Positions 14,386-26,354 of a DNA stretch of 36,193 nucleotides are shown here, one piece after another. Under the pieces are notes generated by a model. The model was not told the DNA's origin and ran no database searches. It saw only the letters and a list, made by a program, of their open reading frames with translations. Source of the stretch: Ministeria vibrans ATCC 50519. Lineage: Eukaryota > Protista > Filasterea. The stretch is taken from the NCBI GenBank assembly GCA_943704425.1, contig CALSCP010001624.1:1-36193 (forward strand), written 5' to 3'. A program made the translations under genes and the position numbers. The first letter of the stretch is position 1, and each line of letters starts with the position of its first letter.

Positions 14386-15285
14386 CTACAATTGATCTTC
14401 CAGGCTCGCTGTGAGACCCAGCGCCTTTTCATAGCATACCAAAGACTCCTCCTGCCTCGGTCCAGTGATGCAATCTGAGCCTCGTAGCGCTCGAATGCGT
14501 CCAATCGCTTCCTTGGCGGAGACGTGAGTGTGGTGCATGAGCAACGCGGCAAGCACCGTCCCCGTGCGTCCCACGCCGTGCTCACAGTGCACCACTGTCG
14601 CCACTTGCTTTGAAGCGTTTTCTCGAATGAATTCTGACGCGGAAAGCAGTTCGTCTGGGAGCGGGGCGTGCCCTTCTTTGAACGGAAGATGAAGCGTTTG
14701 GAACTCTCGAGTGAGTGTGTCAGGAAGAGCATTTTTGGTCAGCGTGAGAATGGCACCAATGCCCCATTGCTGAAGAAGAACAAAGTTGTCGTCCCCATTG
14801 CTGTCCTCGTCTTCGGTATGTGGCCAGGCACAGCCGGCCAGTGTCTTCTCCAGAACGTACGAAAAGCGAATTTTTGCCTGATACACAGCATTCTCTTGCT
14901 CGCTTGTCTCTATAGAGCCCGGACGCAGACGACGAACCACAAGAATCGCCTCAGCGGGCGCCATGCACTCGACAACGGCAAGATGCGCCGCAAGAAATGT
15001 CCCCGTTCGACCTCTGCCCGCTGCGCAGTGCACGACCACTTTTCTCTTTCGTTCCACAAACTCAAAAAACGCCAGTAGCTGCGCAAGCGTCGGCGGAGAG
15101 AAGTCTGCCACTGGCAAATGTAGCAGTTCGATACGACTGGTGGAGGCCACAGTGGCTGGTTGTTGCGTCAGCGAGACAAGACCGTCAAAGCCTTCCTGGA
15201 CAAATGGCGCTGAGTCGTGCGGAAACGCACACCCCGCCAGCGTACGTTCTTCATTGACGTAACCAAAGTTACCTATAGTGTTCAT
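14386..15285 (-). CDS. Intronless protein phosphatase with two tandem dual-specificity (DUSP23/CDKN3-like) domains
   Basis: 299-aa ORF with two CX5R loops (VVVHCAAGRGRTG and TVVHCEHGVGRTG). Each half has TLAGCA[F/W]PH, LHLP, EAI..[V/I]R.LR and QE motifs. Confidence 0.92.
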   Translation of the reverse strand: MNTIGNFGYVNEERTLAGCAFPHDSAPFVQEGFDGLVSLTQQPATVASTSRIELLHLPVADFSPPTLAQLLAFFEFVERKRKVVVHCAAGRGRTGTFLAAHLAVVECMAPAEAILVVRRLRPGSIETSEQENAVYQAKIRFSYVLEKTLAGCAWPHTEDEDSNGDDNFVLLQQWGIGAILTLTKNALPDTLTREFQTLHLPFKEGHAPLPDELLSASEFIRENASKQVATVVHCEHGVGRTGTVLAALLMHHTHVSAKEAIGRIRALRGSDCITGPRQEESLVCYEKALGLTASLEDQL

Positions 15286-15550
15286 ATGAAATTAGAAAAA
15301 ATGATTTAGATTCAGACTTTCAGTTGTTTCACCTTTTAAAAGAAAGAAAGCCTGTCTTACACACCAATGACATCAGTCACATCACTAGACTCTAAAGCAA
15401 CAGACTCAGACAGGGTGAGTGACTAGACGCGAATGGGAAGTTCATATTCTTTTACAACTTATTTGTCGTAAAAGAGAATTCATCAAAAATCAATCATCAA
15501 AAGTCAAAACAGTTCTTTTCTCGTCCACCTGTTGCGGCGCTGTACACACC

Positions 15551-17529
15551 ATGCCCCCGAAACGTGGAGCCTCAAAGGCCGATGAAAAGCCAAAAGAAAC
15601 GAAGCGAGCGCGTCGCGATGAAGAAGACGACGTTTGCGCATCGGCGGACGAACGGCGCACCGCAGCAGACACGGACGCGCCCACGCCCGCCGCCCACGAC
15701 GACAGCAGCACGACGACAGCTGCCGCAGCGACCACGCCGCCGACCCCAGCGACGACGACGACGGCGACAGGTGAGACGGCGGCAGCAACTGCAACCGAAT
15801 CGCTTGCGTCGTCCTCCTCTGCCCCCACCAGCACGCCTGCCTCTGCGGCTGCGACCGACGCGTCAGCAGCCGATCCGGCCGCCCAGGATAAGGGTGCGCT
15901 GGCGCTCCAGCTGGCGCAAGAGACGACGTGTGCGCCGCAGTTTCTGGAGCAACGCGGCTCATGGATGCAACTGCTCGATCCCCGCACCCACCGCGTCTAC
16001 TACCAAAGCTGCGTCACGTACGAGACTCAGTGGGAGCCGCCTGCCGACTGGACCGCGCTGTTGACCCAGAACCCCGAACTGAGACCGCGACGCAAAATTG
16101 TCGAGTGTCCCAATGTACCAGCACGTCGCCAAGTTGACCCGTCCGCCGACGCCAACAAGAACTACGTTCCGGAAGGCGCCAGCGAGTACAACATCTGGCA
16201 CGACCGGTGGATTGGTGAACACTGGGGCAACAGAAATGCAGGTACACGGAACTAGTGAGTGAGTGAGTGAGAGTGCGACGTTTAAAACTGCTATTATTAT
16301 TGTGTAGGACCTGCTCCGTTCCGCTGCGACACAATGCTTGACTCAGGGCGCACCAAGGGCGATCGCAGTGGCGCCCACTACCACTGCTTTCACTTCTTTA
16401 AAGGATCTTGCCGCGAAGGCGCAAAGTAAGAGAGGGAGAGAAAGAGATACATACAGAGAGAGAGAGAGAGAGACAGTCAAGGGACAAATGGATTGACTCA
16501 CTCACTGTTTTGACTTGTGTAGTTGTAAGTTTCTTCATCACGTTCCCACACCGCCGGAGGCAATGAAGCTGGACCTGGCACACGATGTGTTTGGGCGCAC
16601 GCGATACGCAGCCAACAAGGAGGATATGGGGGGAGTGGGCAGTTTTGACTCGGACACAAAGACCATTTATGTGGGGGGAATTCCTGCGGATCATGACATT
16701 GAAGTATGTGTCATATTGAGTTGTGTGTGTGTGTGTGTGTGTGCGAGAAGAAAGAGAGGAAGGAGAAAGGAGAGTGATAGAGAGAGAGAAAGAGAGAGAG
16801 AGAGAGATTGACAGTGGCTCTAATGAGGAATCTCGTTCTAGGATGTGTTATGGCATGAATTTGGCGAATGGGGTGAACTGGAGGTAAGAAAAGCCATTGA
16901 AAAATTCTCATTATTTTATTCAATTTCACATTAATATTATTAATATTATTATTATTAATTTTATTTTGTGTTTCTTATAGTATGTGAGAGTGATTGATCG
17001 CAAATTCTGTGCGTTTATCATGTACAAAGTAAGATACACACTAGATACTATTTCCTCTCGATCACACGAGCAACAAACACAATGCAACACCAAACAACCG
17101 CTGATTGATTTACCTTTTCTATTAGCATCGAGCGAATGCAGAGGCCGCCAAAGTGGCCATGTCGGACCAGCTGCTGCGGGGTGCAGTGCAGCTCAATATC
17201 CGCTGGGCCAAGGACGACCCCAACCCCGGAGCCAAGGAGAAGGTACTGTTCATATATATATGTATATATCAGACTTACTCACTCATTTGCTCTGCTTGTA
17301 GGCACTGGTGAACAGTCAACGTGCGCTTGTCAATGCTGCTGTTGCGCGTGGACATCTCTCGACGACTGCTGACCAGTATTTGCTGCCTGAGCCTGCTCAT
17401 GGTCAAGTCACGGGTGCTCTTGCGCCCGACCAACGTGGTCCCATGTCTCGTGAGCAGCTGGCCGCCCAACAGAACCAGAAACGCGCAAACGCCGACATGG
17501 CACGTCTCAATGCTCTTTTTCAGACCTGA
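15551..17529 (+). CDS. CWC2: Pre-mRNA splicing factor Cwc2 (torus/CCCH + RRM) with an additional N-terminal WW domain
   Basis: PARRQV...EYNIWHDRWIG...FRCDTMLDSGRTKGD...CFHFFKGSCREGANCKFLHHVP...DVFGRTRYAANKEDMGGVGSF...TIYVGGI...FGEWGELE|YVRVI...CAFIMYK|HRANAEAAKVAMSDQ...LNIRWAKDDPNP. WW-like segment WMQLLDPRTHRVYYQSCVTYETQWEPP. Confidence 0.95.
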
Positions 17530-17808
17530 ATACACCCGTAATTACTAATGGTCCCTCTACTGCCCATGTTCTTCTTCAAGACTCAATCGAGAGTTTCGTG
17601 TGAGTCTGCGCAAGATGGTCTGTCCTGGCTGTGCCGCTGAGTGTACCCGAAATGGTTCAAGCGTAAAGTTGTACGTGAACTGTATCCTCTGAATAAGTGG
17701 ACTCACAAGTCAGCTCATGATCAGGTACTGATCAGTCAGTTCACTTTCGTGCACCTCTGCTCTTCTTCTTCTTCTTCATCATCATCATCTCCCCAAGCAT
17801 CGTGTGCC

Positions 17809-19661
17809 ATGGAGGAAGTCGACAAGATCATCATTGTGACCTTTCGTCAGATTGGAGTGTAAGTGCACTGAATGATCATTGGATGATCCGCTTCCAACGG
17901 CCCCCGCCTCCCTCTGCCCTCTCGCGCCTTCTCCCCACTTCCACTTCTAAGATCGACTGTCGCCCAACCCGTCCCCATTATCCTATTGCGATTCTGTGAA
18001 TTGAAAACTCAAAAAAAAAAAAAACGTTTCTTCTGTAGTGATGTTCCAGAAGATGTCCTGTCGCTGAAGCAGTTCACGCCAGACCTCGTCGTGTCTGCTG
18101 CGACCCGATGCCTTAGTGCCATTGACGAGCGCAAAGAGGTTTGTTCTGTTTCTCTCCTTTTTTCATTTTTTTTTCCCATTGTTGTAACTTTTTTTTTTCT
18201 TTTTCTTTCAGTTTCCTGATCGTTTGCCGCCCGAGATGTCCGCCCGCTTCCGGATGTGTTCAAACATTGCCAAAGAGATCAAGGTATGGGGCGGGTCGCA
18301 GGGCGTGGGGCTGTCTCTAACGCGCTGTGTGGCTGAGTAGGCGTTGGGCTATGCGGACGACCTTGATTACCATCAGTTTCTCTATCTCAACGAAACCGAG
18401 GCACGACAACACCGACAGCAGTTCTCTGCTGTTGCATTGCTTTATGTGGATCTGACACGTTTTTTTTTTTGTTTTGTGTGTTTTTGTCTTTTGTTTTGTC
18501 TTTTGTTTTGTCTTTTATGTTTTGTCTTTTATGTTTTGTCTTTTATGTTTTGTCTTTTATGTTTTGTCTTTTATGTTTTATGTTTTGTGTTTTTTTTGTC
18601 TTTTGTGCTTTCTCCTGCAGGTGCGCAAAATGTTTATGTGGCTGGTGGAGCGACTGCCCCGCGAGTCGTCTGAGGAGTCGAGCGAGCCCATTGGGGTGCG
18701 CACTGCTCTCTTTGGTGCCATCACGGGCGAACTCAACCGACGCAAGGCGGCCCACTGGACGCTTCCGTACTGTCGCAAAGGTGCCATCTGTCGCATGTAA
18801 GAAGACAAAAAGGTGGTAGCAGCGAATGAAATGTATTGACTGTTCTTGTTTTCTTTTCTTCATTTTTTTTCATGTAGGGGCAAAGCCCAAGACCATTTCA
18901 ATGTGGGCACACGCGCGTCGCACACTATCCACACGGTCCCCATTTCCTTTCCCCACGGCACCGCCGACATTACCATTAAGATCCCTAAACGTAAAACAAT
19001 AGAGCTGTTGTCTTGTCGATGTACTGTCGTGTGTAATTTGTACTGATTTCCTTCTTCTTTTGTAGTGATGAAGGAGTACTATGCGACTATGCCATTTGCG
19101 TGTGACGCACCGCAACAGGAAGAGGACGTGCACGGAAGTTTGTTGGAGGCGAACGTGTTGACGTTGTCGCAGCAGCGAGAGTGGGAGGACGAGTGGAACA
19201 CGCACGGACTCGCGTCGGGTCTGAGCGAGGCGGAGTACCGTTCGCAGAAGCGCACGCGCATTGCGGGGGCCATGGGGGCGCATGTGGCGTCGGGACGGCA
19301 GGCCAAGGCGGGTGTGGACTCGCTGCAAGGAGTGGTGGGGATGTTTGCCAAACGCAGTACACGCGCCAATGCCAAGGGTACTCGCTTCACCAATGCGGCA
19401 AAGCTGCAGTTTACTCAGGAGGGCGAAGGTGATGCGGTTGCGGTCGATTCTGGTGTGGATCGCGAAGAGGAGCTCAAGCGTCGTCGTGAAGAGGAGCTGG
19501 CGGCATTGCAGGCACGCATTGATGAACTCATTGCGCGCATTGCGGAACTCGATGCGGAGATGGGCAAACACGCAGGACTTATTGTGACACTCAATGCGGA
19601 CGCAAAGGCACAGCTGGACATGACACCGGGCAAGGAGGCCGCATACAAAGTGCGCAAGAAG
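17809..19661 (+). CDS. CCDC22: CCDC22 (Commander/CCC complex), 5' half, exons 1-7
   Basis: MEEVDKIIIVTFRQIGV|DVPEDVLSLKQFTPDLVVSAATRCL...|FPDRLPPEMSARFRMCSNIAKEIK|ALGYADDLDYHQFLYLNETE|VRKMFMWLVERLP matches the conserved CCDC22 N-terminal domain. Exons 17809-17858, 18039-18138, 18212-18283, 18341-18400, 18621-18796, 18878-18990, 19066-19661. Ends ...YKVRKK at donor gtatca (19662). Confidence 0.93.
18470..18605. repeat. 14-bp tandem repeat TTTTATGTTTTGTC in CCDC22 intron 4
   Basis: Visible directly, several copies. Confidence 0.9.
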
Positions 19662-19701
19662 GTATCAAGGGAGTGATACGACAAAGCAACAGGCGTGTAA
19701 C

Positions 19702-19737
19702 TTTTTTTTTTTTTTTTTTTTTTTTTTNNNNNNNNNN
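19702..19737. other. Poly-T tract followed by a 10-N scaffold gap
   Basis: T run 19702-19727, n run 19728-19737. Confidence 0.98.
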
Positions 19738-19744
19738 AATAGAC

Positions 19745-20006
<262 letters not shown>

Positions 20007-20061
20007 TACTCAGAGAAACAACGTGATAGTATGTGTGTGTGTGTGTCGTGTCATGATGTAC

Positions 20062-20502
20062 TTTGGTTGTGTCAGGGAATGCTCGACGCCACTCCTTGAT
20101 GCGTGTGTGCTCACGTGGCGAGCAATATATTACAAAGGGGCCACGAGCACGCTCAAAGAGCATTTGCAGCCATTGATCGTAGTTTGCGGCGTTGTGCTTG
20201 GACTGCGGCAGTTGGAAGTAGCTGGCGACGACGGTGGCATAAAAACGAGACGGCGTCGGCACAGGGGCAGGCACAGGGCGTTCGGCGACCGCTGGAGGGT
20301 TGATGGGCTCTAATGGGGCAGCGGGTGCAGCCTTGGAGGGCGCCTCCTCCTCTGTGGCGTCGTCTGGCGGAAGGAAATGATGGACACTGACGGCACGCAA
20401 GCTGTCGGGCGTCGCTGGCGGCTTTGAGAGCCGGAACAGCATTACGCTGGAGAACACAAAGACCACTACCACGACGGCAGTGGTCAGCGACAGTGGGCGC
20501 AT
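20062..20502 (-). CDS. HtrL/YibB-like type II membrane glycosyltransferase paralog, exon 1 only (rest lost at the gap)
   Basis: MRPLSLTTAVVVVVFVFSSVMLFRLS...FYATVVASYFQLPQSKH...YDQWL...ARGPFVIYCSP...WRRAFPDTTK then donor gtacat, at the same intron position as the upstream paralog. Confidence 0.8.
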
Positions 20503-20585
20503 CGCAGATGATCAAAGAATAATAAATATGAATGAGGTTGAAAAATAAGATGAAGTGAATGTACATATGTGATTTTTTCTCCATC

Positions 20586-22405
20586 TCAGTTCTCAAGACA
20601 CTGCGGAACGTTTTGAAAGTTGGGTTGACAAGGCGGTCGAGAGTCCTTGCGCGCAGCCATCGACAGTTGAAAAAAGAACCTGAAAAGAAGAGGCGGAGTG
20701 AATCAAGAAAGACACAAACAAGGACTGTGTGTCGCTGTGTACCATCGGTCACCGCAATACATAGAGGTGTACGAAGGAATGACAGTCTGCTTTGCAATCC
20801 CTTTGTAGCCGGCTCGCTCATACAGGTAATTCAACAGATCTTGGTCCTTCCCAATGAACAGCTTACGGTCGGCCCATTCGCGCGCGAGTGCGTAGTAATT
20901 TCTACTGTACTGCGAAATGAGCGACGCAGAGCCCCCGTAGAAAGTGCCTGCAATCAGATTGTATCGAATGCGTGGGTCGGGCAATTCGGTGTTGAGTAAA
21001 TCGCATGACGCATTACGGTGCCCATCGGATCCTGGATAGACGTTTAAGCAACATCATACAATTGTTGGTGAGAATGTTTTCGTGTTTACCAACTTCCGGG
21101 TCAACTGGGCGGTTCGCAACGTTCAGATAGTGGTAGGGGTAGACCATTTCAAGAAGAAAGTGGTCTTTGGCGGTCGTCGTAAGTTGCGTGCGCCAGTGTG
21201 ACTCGGGCGACTGGTCCGGCCAGTTGAAATCGCGAAAATGCTGAAAAGGAAATGACACTCATATTGAATATTATACGTATTATATTGTAAGTGTCTGACT
21301 CTGTTTGGGTCGCGAAATGAACCTATTTATAATACATTAAAACCACATATAAAATACATATTCATGAGTACGGACAATATTTTGATGTATGATGAGAACA
21401 TTACTATCATACCTGCATCAGCGTAGAAGAAAAAGTCACTGTCAAACGGATTCGACTGTGCAACCTATAAAAACCATGGTGTGTATCATATTACACACAA
21501 GCACAATTTTTACTCACACATACGCACGACACAATAAAAGATCATGAATTATCATCATGCAATCATGACACGCGAATTCGTCTGAGCTGAATTACAATTG
21601 CAAGCTTGGCATAGGATATAATATAATTTATATAAATAGTGTACCTGGTTGAGCAGGTATAGTTTAAAAAACCACATGCAATAGAGCGACGGGTTGTGGA
21701 TTTTCTGCTCTGGGTCGATTGTGTGTGAAAATTCAAAGTCTGCTTTGAAGTCAGCACACACTGGAATGGACCAATAATCGTCGACAACAATAATCTATAT
21801 AATATATACGTCGTGAAATGGCGAAATGGAGCATATAAATAAGGGAAAAGATGACGATGAGAATGAGAGGAGAATGAGAGGAATATTATGATTTTGATCG
21901 ATTGGTCATGACAATAGTATAATTATCATTATTATAATAGTACTTTGGTTGTGTCAGGGAAATCGCGACGCCATTCTCTAATGCGCTCACACTCGACGGG
22001 CGAACAGTAGATGACAAAGGGACCGCGGGCACGCTTGAAGAGCCTTGGCAGCCACTCGCTGTACTTCTCATCACCGTGCTTCGACGAGTTGAGATGGAAA
22101 TACGAAGCAACGGCGGTCGCATAGTAACGCGCCTTTCGTTCTTCTGTCTTGTTCGGTGGTGGTGTGACAGACGGCGGCTGTACTGGCGGTGCTTCTGTTG
22201 CGACTTCAGGTTGCGGATTGGTTGTGATCTCCCCAGAACGAGGTTCGTCTCCCGTAGAGGCGTCGTTGGGCGGGAGAACGTGATGGACATTGACGTCTCG
22301 CAGACTGTCGGACATCGCTGGCGGCGCTGACAAACGAAACAGCAGTATGCTGGACACTGTGAAGATCAGCACTACAACCGCTGTGGTTAGCGATAAAGGC
22401 CGCAT
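20586..22405 (-). CDS. HtrL/YibB (WlaTC)-like putative glycosyltransferase, type II membrane protein, 7 exons
   Basis: N-terminal TM helix and Pro-rich stem, then ATAVASYFHLNSSKH...Y.EWL...PFVIY...IDPEQKIHNPSLYCMWFFKLYLLNQ|VAQSNPFDSDFFFYADA|GSFR...WP...IAGTFYGG...YY...FIGKDQDLL...DRW|FFFQ. This recalled pattern fits the HtrL_YibB family. Stop TGA at 20586-20588. Confidence 0.75.
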
Positions 22406-22585
22406 GCTGAATGTGAATGACTAATTCTAATTACGACGAGTAATTATTAACAGCTTTTGTAATTTCTATCCATCGCATAATAATATAATAAAAAGCACAT
22501 ACGTGTCATCCTTGAAGTAATCCTTGATAAAAACGTGGATCTCGGGCTTTTCTTTCTTTTGTAATTAAGGTTTAGGATACATGTG

Positions 22586-25500
22586 TCATTCGCCGGCAGT
22601 GTCCAAAGTAAAAGCGCCACTAGAATCATCCTCATCATCATCGTCGTGCCCACCGCCCATCATTTCTACAATACACAAACAAATTGAGATACAAAACAAA
22701 AACATTCCACAGGGCACGTACGTCTCTTCACAAGTTTCTTGTAAGCGCCATCGGCAGCAAGCAGCTCATCGTGGGTGCCCTGCTCCACAATACGCCCTCC
22801 ACCAATCACAATGACCTTATCCGCATCACGGACCTGCACAAGAAAACATCATTAGTGGGGATTGTATACAAGGCTGACGCACCGTTGAGAGTCTATGTGC
22901 AATGATGAGGACTGTGCGCCCGACCATCGCACGGTTGATTGCGTCCGCAACCACATGTTCACTCTCCGCGTCAAGCGCACTTGTCGCTTCATCCAGAAGG
23001 AGAATGCGCGGCGAAAGCAGAAGGGCACGCGCAATCTAAATGGTGTGTGTTTGTTCAAGAATGGCATTGGCGATGTGAGCTGATGATTACGGCAATGCGC
23101 TGTTTCTGCCCCCCGGACAGTTTGACTCCACGTTCGCCCACATTTGTTTTGTATCCGTCCTGAAACCCCATGATAAAGTCATGGGCGTTAGCCTGACGTG
23201 CTGCTGCCTATTAAACATATGAGTCAGACGCGTTTCGCGGTAAAACGTTTTTTTTTTCGTTGTTGTTGTGCTTGTGTCTGACTTCAATTTCTTCGTCAGT
23301 GGCCGTGAGACGCCCAAAGGCAATGTTCTCGGCAATGGTCGATGAAAAGAGCACTGGCTCCTGCGAGACCATTGCAATGGCAGTGGTGCGCAGCCAAGTC
23401 GAGTCGAGCGTGCGAATACACTAAAACAAAAAAAATATTATCTTTGCATATTCCCTCTTCTGTCAGTTTATCTCGTACCTGTCCATCAATGGCGATAGAT
23501 CCTTCATCCGGGTCATAGAAGCGTTGTATAAGTGCCATGAGGGTGCTCTTGCCACCACCCGACGCACCCACCAGCGCAACCACACTGCCCACTTCCACAT
23601 TGAACCTGAGAGACAGAGAAAAGTAGGTATAGGCAAAAAAAAAAAACAATATTAGAGAGAGGGAGAGGAGAGAAACAGTCGTCAAGAATAAATGAGTGTA
23701 ATAGTGTGCACTCTCAATGTGGTTTATGTGTTCCGTACGAGACGTTCTTAAGGACGGGCGTGTCTTTTCGCGAGGGGTATGTAAAAGAGACGTCTGACGC
23801 ACAAAATATTTAATAATGTTGAAAACGGGAATGTATTGTTGTTCGTCTTGATACCTTCAAAAGTGACTTTCCCTTCAAGGCTGTCAATCTTATTGTGCCC
23901 CTAACAAAAACAGACCAAAACATTATATATTTGCACAGGCACACGAATTCCATATGAGAGAATATTACAGTGATGATCTGAGGAGTGCGGTCGAGCAGGT
24001 TGAAGATGCGGACACTGGCACCGACAGCAGACATGAAATCGCCATAGAGAGACGACAAAACACCAAACGCCATTGCCTGTCACACAACCCAATGTTAATT
24101 CAAACTATAACCTTGCTTCCTCCTCTCTCTTGCTCTCAATTTTCGTCTTTCTCCCTATTATACAAGCGTACCATTGTGAGAGTGTAGAGGAGAAAGGAAG
24201 TAAGCACTCCGGGTGAAATCTTTCCATTCAGGACTTGCTCTGCACCAAACCAAAGCACAAGCGCCTATGCAACAACGACAAAAACAAAACACAATTAAGC
24301 CAGTCCGTCTTTGTGTGTCTATGGGGATGTCCGTACAATGGCACACTGAGCAATGAGGCCGATGACGCCCGAGAATCCACCCGTGGCCAGTGCAACTCGT
24401 GCGCCAATGTGGTAGCTCGTTTCAATTTGCTCTGAGTATTTTTCAATCGACGCGTCTTCCTTCGCAAACGACCGCACAGTACGGATGCTACCCAGCGCCT
24501 CCTCTGCTGTCGACGCTGCCTTGCCCAGGGTGTCCTGGAACGCCTTTTGCAGTCGTTTGAGCATCTGCAAGAAAGGGACGTGGTTGAGTGGTCACAAGAC
24601 TAGAACCGATTCGAGTGACACATACGCGACCGTAAATGACCGCGCCAATGGCCACCACAGGCACCACACTGAGAATGACGAGGGTGAGCGACCAGCTCAG
24701 ATAGAACATGATTGCCAGAGTTCCCACAATCTGCACTGCGTAGCGCGCAAGCATACTAAACAAAGAGAAATGAGGAAGAAGAGGACAAAGTGTGAGAGAA
24801 AGAAACAAAGTGGCAGAGAAGAGGCAGAAAGAAATACTAATAAAACATAGTATTACGAGAAGTTGACGGTGACTGCGTTCTGAAGGACGGCCGTGTCACT
24901 TGCTAGGCGGTTGGTGAGCTCACCGACACGGTTCTTGTCGAAGAAGGAGATGTCCTGCAGCACAATGGCAGAGAAGAGGTTTTGGCGGAGTCGCGCAACA
25001 ACACGTTGGCCCGCCAGAGTAAAAACATAGGCGCGCAGGGCGGTGCTAATGGATCCACCAACAAAGATAAGCACAAGAATCACAATGCTCTTTTTGAGCT
25101 CAGAGTCGCTCTTGCTGCGCGTCACTGCGTCAATGACGTGTCCGAAGAAGGCCGGGGTCGCCAGGTTGGCCAAGCTCGACAGCAACATGAAGACAGTGCC
25201 CACAATGATAAGTTTGAGTTCGGGTCGTGCGAGTGAGGCCAGGCGGCCAATGCTTGCCTGTTTGCGCAGGCGACGGGTGCGGATGCGGACGCGTCGTGCC
25301 TTCTCCTCGTCCGACTTGCCCTCGTCCTTGCTTGCGTCCATGATGTCGTCATCTTCGTCCTCACCCGAGTCCTCGAGGGCCGCCGCGCGATCCTCGCTCT
25401 CCTTCGCCTCCTGTCGCACACGCGTGTAGTCAATGCCCAGACGCGCACACTTGACTGAGCGCTCGACATGACGAAAGCCGACCAGAACCCAGATCGACTC

Positions 25501-26108
25501 AAACAGCGGCAGGACCATGGCAACCGAGACAAGGGCAAGACCTGTGGAACGCGTGCCCAGCAACACGTAGGTGTTCACAATCATCGAGAGCTTCACAGCA
25601 TCGAAAATAAACGACGCAATGCTACATAATAATAATAATAGTGTTACTATTACAACACTCATGACAACACAAGTAAGAGAAAACCACATTGGAGAGAACA
25701 CACACAAGAGTGTACACGCGCGTACCACACCACCAAGGCAAGGCCCTGGGCAACAAGGCGTGCGCCGCGCCGATCGCGCAGCTCAATGTCGTCGATGTGA
25801 TCGGACGACTGCGACGCATTGAGCAGAAGACTCTCGTCGTCGGAGGAGCGCACAGCGGCCTGCGAGAAGAAGACCCAGCTATACATTGCCGCAAGAAGCA
25901 TCACGCGTCCCACCGAGAGCATGACCACGTCGAACAGGGACGTGTGCAGCGAGTACGACGCGATTTCAGCATGGACAAACTCAGCGAGAGTCCCTCCGTA
26001 GTCCGTGGACGACGCCAGCCACGTGATCACAGACACCCCTGCGTCCAATGCAAGAAGCACAACCAGGAGCACCCGAAATCGCGGGTGGGGCAAGTCTTTG
26101 GGCTCCAT
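22586..26108 (-). CDS. ABC transporter family B half-transporter (ABCB9/TAP/ABCB10-like) with extra N-terminal TM domain
   Basis: TMD motifs ([60 protein letters not shown]), Walker [11 protein letters not shown]-loop VSQEPVLF, signature [10 protein letters not shown]|IARAL, Walker [20 protein letters not shown]. The N-terminal TM region ([12 protein letters not shown]) resembles an ABCB9-type TMD0. Acidic tail, stop at 22586. Confidence 0.94.
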
Positions 26109-26354
26109 CTGCGATAAAATAATAGTGATTTAGATTGTGTATGGTGAGTTGTCAGTTCCGACTGAAGAATCAACAGAGTGACGGATTTGTTGCCAGAGTT
26201 CCGAGATCAACAGTTCAACACGCATGCCATGAGTCATAACTGAGAAGGGCAAAGGACGAAGGTGTCTTGATCACTCTGTTGGAAGGAAGAGGGTTTCATT
26301 TTGTTCGTGAGTATTCCTAATTCTTATCAGTCAAGTTCCACTCTCTCGTTTGAG

